Positions 39,401-50,900 of a stretch of DNA of 64,000 nt are shown piece by piece (within the stretch, counting starts at the first letter, position 1; every line of letters begins with the position of its first letter). Below the pieces are notes generated by a model. The model did not search any database. It was not told the origin of the DNA and saw nothing but the letters and a program-made list of their open reading frames with translations. Source of the stretch: Camelus ferus (taxonomy: Eukaryota). The position numbers and the translations under genes are program-made. Location of the stretch: positions 7,750,001-7,814,000 of the forward strand of contig NC_045701.1 of assembly GCF_009834535.1 (NCBI RefSeq). Reading direction: 5' to 3'.

Positions 39401-40919
39401 AAGTATACTTTACTTGTTACAGCTGGGAAAGAGGCTGGAGCCACTGCAGACGTTTCCCTGAAAATGTCTCAAAACAAAACAGAAGGTTGTGGTCTCTCCG
39501 CACTGAGGGTGCTCTGTGTCATTTGGGTCATGATACCTCAATTCAACAAGAGTTTATTGAAACCTTACTGTGAGTTCAGCAGGGCCAGATGCTGAAAGGA
39601 CTCCAAAGGGCAGTGAAATCGCCAGTTTTTTTCAACACCTACAATACGCCAGGCACTTTTTATACTTTCTCTAATCTTTACAATAGTCTTCCAGGTTCAC
39701 AAATGAGTGAACAGTTTTCAAAGATTTCACCTGGCCAGGAAGAAGCGGAGTCAGAACAAGACTCTGGGACTGGTTCACTCCAAGCCCACACTGCTCACTG
39801 ACTCATACTCTGATTCTCCTCCTTCCCTCCCTCCCTCCCTCTCTTCCATCTTCCCTCCTCGTTTAATTTTTATCTTCAGCCAAGTTATACGCATGACTAG
39901 TTCTAAAAGCCACGTAGATAAAATTTCTGTATAATTCTGTATAAGTTGAAGTTAAGCTTATTCATTAGTATCAGAGACTGGATGTAAGCAATTTAAATAA
40001 GTTAGAAATTTATTTTTTCTTTCATGTAAAAGAAGTCTGGAGGAAAGCAGTCCAGGACTGAATTGACAGTTTCACATTCATCAGGAAAACGATCTCCTCC
40101 TTACTTTTTGCCCTGTGCTTTTGTTTTCATCCTCAATTTTTTGTCTTCCATCCTTCGTGTCTAGTTCCAATCTTCCAGTTTTCCTCAGGGTCCACTTTAG
40201 CTGAGGAAGTTCCAGACGTCACATCAAGTGTTAGGCAAAGGAAGGAGAAGAAAAAAGGAGGGTCAGAGCAAAAACAAAGAAACAAAAAACCCAAACTAGA
40301 ACTAACAAAAACAACAACAAAAAAACCCCATGTCAACTGTTTTCTTTTTAAGGAGATTTTTCTGAAATCCTGCCTCATAAATTTCATTGGCTGCTTCTTG
40401 GCCAGAACTTAATTAAATGGACACATCCAATTCCAAAAGAAGCTAAAAACTGCAGTCTTAAAAAGCTGAGTACACTGTTGCCCACTTTAAAGAAAAAAGT
40501 GTTGTTGCTAAGGAGAAAAAGCAGAATGTACATTGAGTTGGGAATTTGTAACTTCTGTGATAGCGCGCTGCGCGCGCACACACACACACACACTCCCAGA
40601 TAGCAATTACCTCGATCCACAATACCCACAATGTCTGCTCCCCAAAGCCAGACATTTTCAACACTTGTAGCTATTTCTTGTGGAGATTCACCAATATATT
40701 TCTAAATAACAAGCCAGTGTCTCTTACTTTTTCAGTTTTAAATAGTACCTGTCGTGGACTAATGAAAAATGAGGAGTCTTGTACTCATATACATATACAC
40801 ACATAATCTCAAAATGGTTACATTATTGTTCTCTAATATTCTTTACAGAATTATGGCTATAGAAACATAACCTGAGCCATGTAATGCACTATGTTTACAT
40901 TTCCTTCTCATGGCAACTG

Positions 40920-41395
40920 TTTTAGCTACATATTGGTGCATAACTAACCACCTCCAAATTTAGTTTCTTAAAACAGTGAGAATTTGTTTTGTGCACTAGT
41001 TTGCAGTTTGAACAGAGTTGTGTGGGGAAGGCTTGTCTCTGCTCCACTCAACCTCACCTGGGATGGCTCACCTGATGGCTGGATGATCCACTTTCAAGAC
41101 AGCTGACAGCCAGGACCACGCTGACATCCCTGTGGGCTGAGGACCTTGGGACCTCTCCATGGGCTGCCTGAGCTTCCTCGTGGTATGATGGCTGGATTCC
41201 GAGGCAAGTGTCCCAGGTAAACAAGGTAGAAATGCATTTGTGCATTTAGCCTTAGACGCCACACGGCATGACTTACGCTGTGTTCTGTTGGTCAGACAAT
41301 TTACAACAGGACGTGAGATTCAAGGGGAGCGGGCATACACTCCTCCTCTTGATGGGGAAGTGGCAACATTCTAGAAGAGAACCTGGATTGGGAAA
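40920..41395 (-). mobile_element. MLT1H/I/J-like LTR
   Basis: tgcataactaaccacctccaaatttag...ggggaaggcttgtctctgctccac...ctcctcctcttgatggg. Confidence 0.7.
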
Positions 41396-41424
41396 TACTA
41401 TCATCACCTCTGGAGAATATATGT

Positions 41425-41770
41425 TGTGTCTTGGTCCATTTGGGCTGCTACAACAAACAAACTGCCACAGGCTGTGTGGCTTATATACAACAGAAATTTA
41501 TTTCTCATGGTTCTGGAGACTGGTAAGCAAGTCCAAGATTGAGTGGGTGAAGATACCCACATCCTGGCTCATAGACAGCCATCTTCTCACTGTAACTGCA
41601 CGTTGGGGAGGGCAGCAGAGCTCTTCAGGGCCCCTCAGCAAAGTGCTAATCCCATATGAGGGGTTCTGCCCTCATGACCTGATCACCACCCAGAGTCCCC
41701 CACCTCTAAATACCCTCACATGGAGGATTCGGTTTCAGGACATGAATTTGAGGGGATATAAACATTGTGT
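41425..41770 (-). mobile_element. MLT1A-like solo LTR
   Basis: tgtcttggtccatttgggctgctacaac...acatgaatttgaggggatataaacatt. Confidence 0.85.
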
Positions 41771-42131
41771 TGCTAGCACGCTGCAATAATGTTTTGTGTT
41801 CCTGGAGCATTTCACTTGATAGTTTTTCTTGCCGCTGTCACTAATTCATTCCCAAGCTCTCCAGTGAAGCTATCATTTCCTCCTCGGGACCTTCGCACAC
41901 ACCGGGTAACTGCTTCTGCCCACCCTTTGGGAGGCGCCCGTGCGGGAGCCTTCGCCACTCCTCTCCAGTCTAGACGGGTCGCTCTGTAAACTGGCTGCAC
42001 AGCTATCGTTCCACCTTCTCTCTTCCCCATTGCATTGAATCCCTCGTGTTCTGTATCCAGTGCTTCCTATGTTTGCTTTATTCTCTCATTTTGGTGAAAT
42101 ACATCATTTAGAAGTCTCCTGAGACAGGTTA

Positions 42132-42575
42132 TGTAGTGGGATGAATTGTGGCCCCCAAAACATGTGTCTGTATCCTAAGCCTCAGGACCTGTGAGTATTT
42201 CCTTACTTGGAAAAGGGGTCTTTGCAGGTGTAATTAAGTCACAGATCTCAAAATGAGATTATCCTTGACGATCCAGGTTTGTCCTAAATCCAACGACAAG
42301 TGTTCTTCTGAAAGACAGAAGAATAGAAGACACAGAAAGAAAGAGGAGAGACTTGTGAAGATGAAGGCAGAGTTTGGAGACATGCAGCTGCAAGGAATGT
42401 GCACAGCCACCAGAAGCTGGGAGAGACAGGGAAGGAGTCTCCCGTAGATTCTCTAGAGGGAGTGTGGCCCTGCTGAAACCTTCATTTCACACTTCTGGCC
42501 TCCAGAACCGCAAGGAATGCATTTCTGTTGTTTTAAGCCACCAGGCTTGTGGTGATTTGTTACGGCAGCCCTGGG
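42132..42575 (+). mobile_element. MLT1C/D-like solo LTR
   Basis: tgtagtgggatgaattgtggcccccaaaa...ttttaagccaccagg...ggcagccctgggaaac. Confidence 0.85.
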
Positions 42576-43565
42576 AAACAGACACAGAGCCCATGGGCAT
42601 AAACAGAATTTTTGAAACATGTTAATTATGTGTACAGTCCCGATTTATAGTTTGGCTGGGTATGGAATTCTAGTTGCAAAAAATGATTTTTTATATTTCT
42701 CTTTCCTGATACATTTATAAGTTGACATTCTTCCCTAGTTACCAGCTTTTCCTGTCCCATCTTTGTTGTGTGTGCGTGTGTTTTACTAACAGACTATTCA
42801 GTGTGTCTCATCACTTCCTATCATTATTCAATATCATGCTCAAATTATCCCCAATATTAACCAGTGAGAGCCCCTTCCAGTTGGCTTTTGTGTCTTTTTG
42901 ATATGTTCCCATCAGTAATTTAGCACAAAGCTCACCATGAGTTTTCTCTGTCCCACCTCTGGAACCAGCCAATTCTCCAAGAATAGGTTCATTGATTGGG
43001 AAATAATATTTAGAAAGTAAGATCTGAGTCTTGAGTATAATGCCATTCTTCTTTCTTACCTTTCTTCTGTAAGTTGTTTTTTTTTGAATCTCTCTGGAAT
43101 TGTTCAGCAACTTCTCCCTGACCCCACCCAGTGTTCTGAAATTCCATGATAACGTGCCCTGGGTTTGATTTTCCACTTATTGTGACTTTTTCAATCTAAA
43201 AACTCATGGCCTTCAGGTCTTGAAAGTTGTCTTCAGTTATTTATCCATGATATCTCCCCCTCCATTTTGCCTGTTTTCCTTTCTAGATCTCCTATTATTT
43301 GGAAGTTGGGTTTTCCAGATAGATCTTTTCCCTCTTCTGGCCACATCTTCAGATATGACATAATTATACACTGATTGCATATAACAAGGCTCAATGTAAT
43401 AGCAGCTTTATGGTTAGTGAGAGTGTAAAGCATATACTGTAGAGGACTTAGAGACACTGAAGCAGCGGTGGTATGTGAGAGATATAGGGTGATAGTAAAA
43501 GCAGTGAATTGAAAGACAGACAAATATGTTCTAACCTTAGTTCTGCCACTCACGAGTTTAAGGAT

Positions 43566-45255
43566 TGTGATAGATTGTCTGCAAAGGTGGTTGACAACAG
43601 TTCCTTCCACCCATGTAAACATACGTCACTCCCTTTATGAAGAGGTGGAAGCTCTGTCCCCTTCCCTTGAACCTGGGTTGTGTGAGTTGCTTTGATCAAC
43701 TGAACACAATGGAAGTGAGACAGTTCCAGTTCTGGGCCTGGCAGCTTCCACTTTCGCTGTGGAAAACCAGTGATTACCCTGCTGGAGGGAGCCCTTGTAG
43801 ATTTTCTGACCTCATTTGGGTCTTCCTAGACAATGCCTCATAGACCAGAGATGAGCTGACCCCAGGAGCTCTGCCCTTTGTAGAATCATGAGCAAATACA
43901 TGGTGGTGGTGGTTTTAAGCCTCTAAGATTTGGAAGTGGTCTATTTCCTTGTAATAGTTAACTGAAGCAGAAATTAGTACCTGCACATGGAGCGTTGCTG
44001 TAGCAAAAACCTAAAATATGTGATATTGACTTCCCTGTGATAGTAACCAGAGAGAAGACTGTTAGCAGAGGTTGGAAAAGTGGTAAGGAAAATTGCTATG
44101 GAAGGTTGGAGGAAAGGCAACCTAGGTTATTATGTATTGGCAGAATGCCTGTGGTCACATGAATGATAGAAAATGTGCCTAATGAACTGGTGGATCTAAC
44201 CAAGGAGATTTCCAGCCAGAATGCTGAAAATGCCAGTGGTCTTCTTTTAGCTGTTTTTGATAAAATACAAGAAGGAAAAAGGCACTAAGTAAAGATCTGT
44301 TTGTTTTTCAAGCAGAATTTTAGCCAGTGAAAGATTTGCAGGGTAAGAAATGGCCTCAGGATAAAGATCAAATCAAAACCTTTTATTTTTAAGATTCCAG
44401 AAAGATTTAATGTGGTACCTTGAAGACCATCTCAGGGTTTCTGAGAATCTTAAGTACATTGTTCTAGCCTGACAAGCTCAAAGTAGAGAGAGAGGTCTGT
44501 GTTTAGAAAGAATAATCAGTGGGAATTTTGGAGCATGGAGTTAAGCCTCTTTAAGATTTACAGAAATTCCACCATGTTTTTGAGGAAATTGCATTGGATG
44601 TGAATTTTGGAGCATGCAATGAACCTCAATAAGACTTATAGAAAATCCACAGTATTTTAAAGACAATTGTATTAATGAAAGAACTGACAGGTTGGACACA
44701 AACAGTTCAAAGCGGAAAGAAGTTTCTGGACCTTCGAGTTTCTCTTGGCAGAAAGCAGACTGAGAGAGCTTCTCAGCTACACATATGGACCATTCTTAAG
44801 GAAAAGGAAAAACATCTCAGAGTGGTATCAAGAGGCCAGAAGGCAAAGCCTGGATGGATTAAAGCAGGGATCGGCAAACTGCAGCCCATTAAGCCAGCCC
44901 AGCTTGTTTTTGGATAACCCACAAGCTAAGAGGCCTGGCAGCTTCAGCTTCTGCTTCTTGGGAGCCAGCTGCCATTACTCTCCTGGTGTAGAGAGGAGGA
45001 CCTGGTGGATGAGAGACCCAGCCTGCTCTCAGCCATTCTGGCAACCCCAGCTCAGGCACCAGACAAATGAGTGAAGCTACTTTCCATCAACCCGAGTTGA
45101 GCTGCCCCACCGAACATCATGTAGAACAGACCCAAGCTGTCCCCACGGAGTCCTGTCCAATTGCAAACTCATGAGCAAATAAGTGGGGTTTTTTTTTACA
45201 TTTTCACCACTAAGTTTTGGTGGCAAATTGTTAAAATGCAGCAAGCAACTTGAGT
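43566..45255 (+). mobile_element. Internally deleted MaLR provirus: 5' LTR (43566-43969), internal region, partial 3' LTR (~44880-45255)
   Basis: LTR segments recur in both ends (ggcctggcagcttc at 43737 and 44932; atgagcaaata at 43888 and 45170). MLT-int start motif gctgtagcaaaaacctaaaatatgtg. Confidence 0.7.
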
Positions 45256-46559
45256 GCATTATTTAATCTCTGGACTGGGTAGACTTTATTTGGACTCCAG
45301 TTTCTTCATCTATAAAAATCAAGGACTGGACAAGTTAGTTTCTTAAGGCCTGTCTCCACTCTAACGTTCTATTACTGGGTGAATAAATCTCTTATTCTGT
45401 AATTTTTTAATGAGTGCCTATCACTGCTAGCTAGGCACTATTAGCCCTGTTGAGGTGCAGCAGATAAAGGGTGAACAAAATGAAGTGGAGGCTTTAGAGG
45501 ACATTACACACAACAGCAGACATGATCTGAGATCTGTTGTAGTAAAATGTTCTTCCAGCCATGGGGGGAAAAGAAAGTCTTTGCACTCAGAGATTCAAAA
45601 GTTCTTTTATACTGGCAGAATGGGCCCCACATTCCTCAGAAATAGCAAACCATGACTTCTAATAGCTTCCTTTTTATGATAACACCAGTGTGAAGTTCTG
45701 TAGCACCAAGTAAACTCTGGCTGTTGAACAGATCTGTATGTTTGGATTTGCTGGATGCCCAAGATAAGCAGAAGCATTCTTTTGGATAGTTGGGATGGCT
45801 GTTAGGTATTCTTCACGATTTGAATTAAACCTTCTCTTCTGCAGAGGGCCTGTCACAGCACAACTAGAAGTCATTGGCTGGGCAACCAGCCCTGAGACGA
45901 GAAGGGAGGCAGAGTCCTGTCCGCCGTCACTGTGAGCCCGCGTTCTCCTTCTGTTCCAAAACGTTCAGGGAGTAGGCAGAAAAACATGACTTCTGGCTCT
46001 AAAGCTTTCAGCCTAAATTGAAGAGCTATAAATGTAAACCAGGCATTGTATCAACAGAGTTGCTTTATTTTCTGTTTGTCCTTCCCACAGTACCTATCTT
46101 ATTTCATTCCAGAGTGAGAGAAACTGGTAACAGTAAACTCTGGGCCGAGTGCCCAGAGACCCCATTTGTGGCCTGGACTTGACTGTGACCTTGGCAACGA
46201 TGTCTTGGCCTTGTTGTTTCCCGATTCCCAGGAGTGAAGGGACGCTGAGCTGTAAAGTAAAGGTGTACATTAAGATGTACGGGAGATTAAAACACAAGCA
46301 TCAAGACCAGGAGAAAGAGGTACGCGAAGGAATTCAAAGGCGCAGAGAGAGAGGTCTTCGGGATTCTTAGCATAACTTTCCGGCTAGTTGGAGGTTTCAG
46401 TACAGTATTTGCGCAGTCACACACAAGCATGTTTGCCTGCATGCTGCCACTGGGGTGCATGGAAGCAGAGCATGGAAGAAAAGGGACAAACGGAGCAAAA
46501 CCAAGCCAGGGAGCGGGCTCATATGCTGAGAAACAAAAGGCAGTTCGTTTCGGGAAGAA

Positions 46560-47960
46560 GGAGGGGAGGGTACTTCTTTGTTGGAACTCGAGGTTCAAAA
46601 CCACCGGCCCCACCCAGCCCGGGACAGCCAGCAACGGGGACTCGCAGGGCTGCCCGAGGCGCGGGAGGCCGAGCGGGTCTGGGAGGGCGTGGACAGAGGC
46701 CGAGCAGGCGCGCTCGGGAAAAGGGCGCCCCCGGGACTGGAGTGGGTGGGACCTTGACTCCTGGCTTCGGCCTCCCACCCCACAACCCGACTCCAATCTT
46801 GGCTCGGCGCCTCCCAGCGTACTCTGAGGCCGGGGCGGGCCGGGCCTTTGCAAGCCAGGACCCAGCCCATAGCTCTCCCCGCGCTCCACCCGGGAGCTGC
46901 GGGTCACAGGTTAAGCTAATATGTTCGCAGACGGCACCGGGGAGCTGATACCAACGGCCCAGCTCCGGGGAATCACGATTTATATTTCTTGGAACAGTTC
47001 TTCCTTCCATTGCATTGACGCCTTGAAAAAAAGGTGACTTAGCCAAGCTCAGAGTCGACTCAGGTCTTGCTAATTGACTAACATGAGCGAGGACTGAGAC
47101 CTCGACGTGGCGCTCGACAAGTAAAAAGAGGGAGGAAGAAAGGAGGCCGGCAATGGGCCTCGAGGAAGCCTCGGCGGTGCTTTGCCGGAGGGCAGGGCCG
47201 TGGGCGCGGGGACCGTTTCAGGGCGAGGCGGCCCCTGCGGGCGTGCGGCCGGGCCCGGGAGGGTGAGTCACCCCGACTCCGGGTGCGAGTCGGCTGGGGC
47301 AAAGGAAGGCGGGGCGGGGCGGGGCGGGGCGGGCCTCGCCTGCACCGCGAGGTTGTGGCGGCTATAAAAGCCCCACCCAGGCGAGCGGACTCCGCTCTGC
47401 ATCTGGGGATACTCGCAGTGCGCGGCGTCCGGCCCAGGTAAGCGGGGCTCCCCGCCCGCCCGCTATGCCCCCGGGGCCGCCGCGCTAGTGGGGCGCGGAG
47501 AGGCGGGGAAGCAGACGGCCTTGCAGAGAGAAGCCCGGGCGGCGGAAACTCGGGAAGCCGTCCGGGGTGGGGGCTAGAGGGACGGTCCCCACTGAGGGCT
47601 CCGCAGGGAGAGGGCGCAGTGGCCGGGGTGGGTGGGTCTGGACAGGAGTGACTCGGCGGGGGCCAGGTGGGCCTGAGCCTAGGGGTGTGCAAGGCAGGGG
47701 GGGGTGCAGGGCAGAGGGAGGGGGTCGGGCAACCCCCCGAAGTGCTCGCAGGAAGCCGGGTGAGGCAGCACCGGGGAGGGGGGCGGAGGGAGGCCCTGCA
47801 TTCCATACGTACCCGGGGCGGCGGGGGGCAGGGTGTGGCCGCCCCGCGAGTCCCCTGTACCCTGTAGACTAGACTTGGCGGCGCTTCCCGCTACGTTTAA
47901 CACGAGCGTTACGGCCATCTAGAAAGTAATCCCCGTCCGTTCCAAGTTACTTTTCTTTGA
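46560..47960. promoter_or_regulatory. ANXA2: CpG island / ANXA2 promoter
   Basis: Very GC- and CpG-rich. AP-1 TGAGTCA at 47264-47270, four tandem GGGGC (Sp/KLF GC boxes) at 47311-47330, TATAAAA at 47363-47369. Confidence 0.9.
47392..47437 (+). other. ANXA2: ANXA2 non-coding exon 1 (start approximate)
   Basis: Starts ~25-30 nt after the TATA box. Ends CGGCCCAG|gtaagc, resembling recalled human ANXA2 exon 1 (...GCACGGCCCAG|gtaagc). Confidence 0.8.
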
Positions 47961-50900
47961 AACAAACGGGCATTTGTGAGGCTTGTGCCGACCAGCAGGA
48001 GGGAATCAGTGGGGAGAGGGTGGGGGGGGGGTTGCCATAACCCCCTACCCCAATAAAACAACAAAACGAAAAAAACCTCAGCTCATTTTCCTTTGTCTAG
48101 ATTATCTTGTAGGAGGGTAACTTCTGATTTCTGTGTCTGGAGAGTTTCCCACTTGGCCACTTTTGCATCAGGAAGGAAGTGTCCCCCATGGTTCTGTGGG
48201 GAGGGTTGTCACTGACTAACTCGCGCTAATGCGACAGTGAGTCAGGGACCGAGGGCACAGAAAAGGGCGTGGCCCCCCAGGCCGCTCCCTGTAGCTCTGT
48301 GAGGTGGGTTCCAGCGCCTGGTGTGGAAGGCTGGATTCCTTCAGCTCCCAGTTGAGAAGGTAGGAAGTGAAAATCAACTTACTTTTCTATAAAAGCGGTT
48401 TAAGGATGCTCATTCTTACCTTCCCCAATAAGGTTATTACCGAAGATTCAAAAAAAAAAAGTTCATTCAAAAATAAATATGTAAAGCACACTGAGACCAT
48501 TAAGTGCCACACCAATACAGAGTGTCATTGTTTTTGTGTTAAGATTTGCCATTTGAAAGCTATTTAATGGTATTCTCACTCTACGTGTAAAAGAGCTGTC
48601 ATCTCTTGGGTACCCACTGAGTCTTTACCAAGAACCATAAAGTCCTGGAGTCCGAGGGTCTGGACACCTGCGATCAGACTGACTCTACTTATGGATTCTG
48701 TCCAAAAGTGTGTGCTACTGTACCTATCCAGAACTTGATGATTTGAAATGCAGAATGCACTTTCCCACTGAAACAATGTTATGGAAGATGCTTAAGTTCC
48801 CAGGCTAGCCCAGAAACCCCTACCTAATGTGCACTGTATCAAAGTACTGATAGCACATGCCTAATTTGGGGAGGGGGGGAAGGGAGGATTGGAGCAGGGT
48901 GAGGGAGGATATGTGGGTAAGAAGAATAAATTACTGAAATATTTTATTGGAACTTTTTCTTAGTTTCTTAAAGAGTTTGGCCTGATTAAATTATTTTAAT
49001 TGGAAATTTTTATCTTTGTCGCCCTTTCCACTTCTCTGTCTTCCTCCTGCCTCCTTGGAGACCCTCTTCCCTGACTTATTACAACAGCTGGTCTGTGCTT
49101 ATCCAGTTCTGCTGTGTTTCCCCCCTCCTTTCCATTGTCAGTATACTTAGACCTGGCTGGAGGCTAGCAGATTCAATCAGTAGTTATTAATATTCAATAT
49201 TAGGAATGGTTGGTGGTCCTGAAATCCTCAGCACCCCAGAGGAGCTGGGTTGTTTAAAAAAATAACAAAACTTTTTAAACCTAAACATATTTAATTTATA
49301 GTATTTGAAGCTATGGAATCAAGGACCCCCATGATATTCGGGCAACACGAAGGAAGACAAGGCCAGGTTCATTGTCCTCAGTGGTCAGGGGCGTTAAAGC
49401 CCATCCCAGCTTAACGCTGTTCTCCCTTCTAACTTCATCTAAGGTCTAAAAGCTTCAGTCGAGGCTTTGTCCAGAAGTGTCCATTGCATGGGCAGTGGAA
49501 GGGTGTGACCATCAGTGTACATTTTATTAGTTGGAGGATGATGATAAGGGAACCGACCTGGATTTAGTGATATCCTGCAGTGCCAAGTGGCCTGCCTGTA
49601 GTAAATGCCCAGGAAATACTGCTGACTCACCGGCTTCCATCAGGAGCTTGGTCTTGGACTGGCGTCTCAATATTTAACATCCTGTGTCTCTGAGCCTTTA
49701 GACTGCTCTATCGATTGACCTGCCGGCAGTCGTGGCCATTAGTTTCCTGACGAATTTCTAATTTAAGTAGTTTTCCTGGCAAGGTAGATATCCTGTCATA
49801 ATTGCTATTGATTTTGGGGGCTGTGGGATCTTCCTGCACCGTTAGGCCTTGAGTCTGGCCTTTGTTCTTGGTCTTCGTGCAGGGCTGCGGGCCTGCCGAG
49901 GTGTTTCTCACTAAAGGAGGGTGGGTGTGTCACAAAGAGAAGTCCCAGGGCTCCTGGGCTTCTTGAAACATTCTTTCCACAATGTTTATTACACACCTGC
50001 TGTGTTCTGCTCACAGGCATAAGCACTGGGGAATACAGTAGTGAACAAAACAGACCAAAAATCTCTGCTCTTTAGACTTTAAATCCAGTGGGGAGAAAAA
50101 TAAAATAGACAAATGAGTGAGCTGTGCAGGCAGTAATTGGATTTTGAACTGTACATTTTCTGAAATTAATATTAGTTTCCAAACTTGGTTGGGGCTCAAT
50201 GCCCCTTGAATCCAGCTGTTCTGCAGATGTGAGCATCAGATTTAACCTACTTTAGGGAAGGTGCTGTTTAAAGTTATCTTGTGACTTAACCTGCCTTCCA
50301 GTTTTGATTCCGAAAATAGAAATGGAATGCTTTTTTGTTTTTTTCAAAGGGGAAAGTGATATTTTAATTCAAATAATGCTCCTCTTTTTTTGCCTTTGGG
50401 AATCCACCTCCCTCATTTTCCGTGGCGCCACACCCTATTCTAGTTGTAGGCTACATCAGAGGAAATTCCAGTCTTTAAAAAAAATTTTTTCCGCCCATTC
50501 ACTGTCGGGTATATTTTTCCTTCTCCAGTTGCCAGACGCAGTCCCCATGCATTTGGTTGGGGAGCAGGTCAGCAGTAGGGGTCAGGAGATGCCCAGGCTT
50601 GTTCTGCGTGAATCAACTGAGATTACCTTCAAATTTCTCTTCTGGGGTACACCCTGAAGCTTTTAAACCATCTGAGCTCAATCATGTCCTGGAGAAGTCA
50701 GTAGCGTCCATGTGGTCTGAGTTAGGCTCCTAGGCTTGGTGTGGAAAGTTCTGACTCAGGGAGTGGCTGTCCCATGGAATCCTTGCCCTTTGTCTCTCTG
50801 CCACACCCGACGTTTCTTGCCTTAAGGAGACGTAGGTTACATTTCCACACTGTCCTGTGGACAGAGCCGGGACCCGAGGGGCCCTGACAGCACACAGGTG

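Noticed and set aside
41268-41789. 173-aa ORF
   Set aside because: It spans two MLT1 LTR fragments and has no coding signature.
28940-43040. Inverted L1MC fragments (28.9 kb + strand, 42.9 kb - strand) as a dsRNA or hairpin pair
   Set aside because: Highly diverged, 14 kb apart and intergenic. Independent insertions are more likely.
46287-47918. Long overlapping ORFs on both strands (up to 242 aa) around the ANXA2 promoter
   Set aside because: These are Pro/Arg/Gly-rich products of a GC-rich CpG island, which lacks stop codons. There is no recognisable domain.
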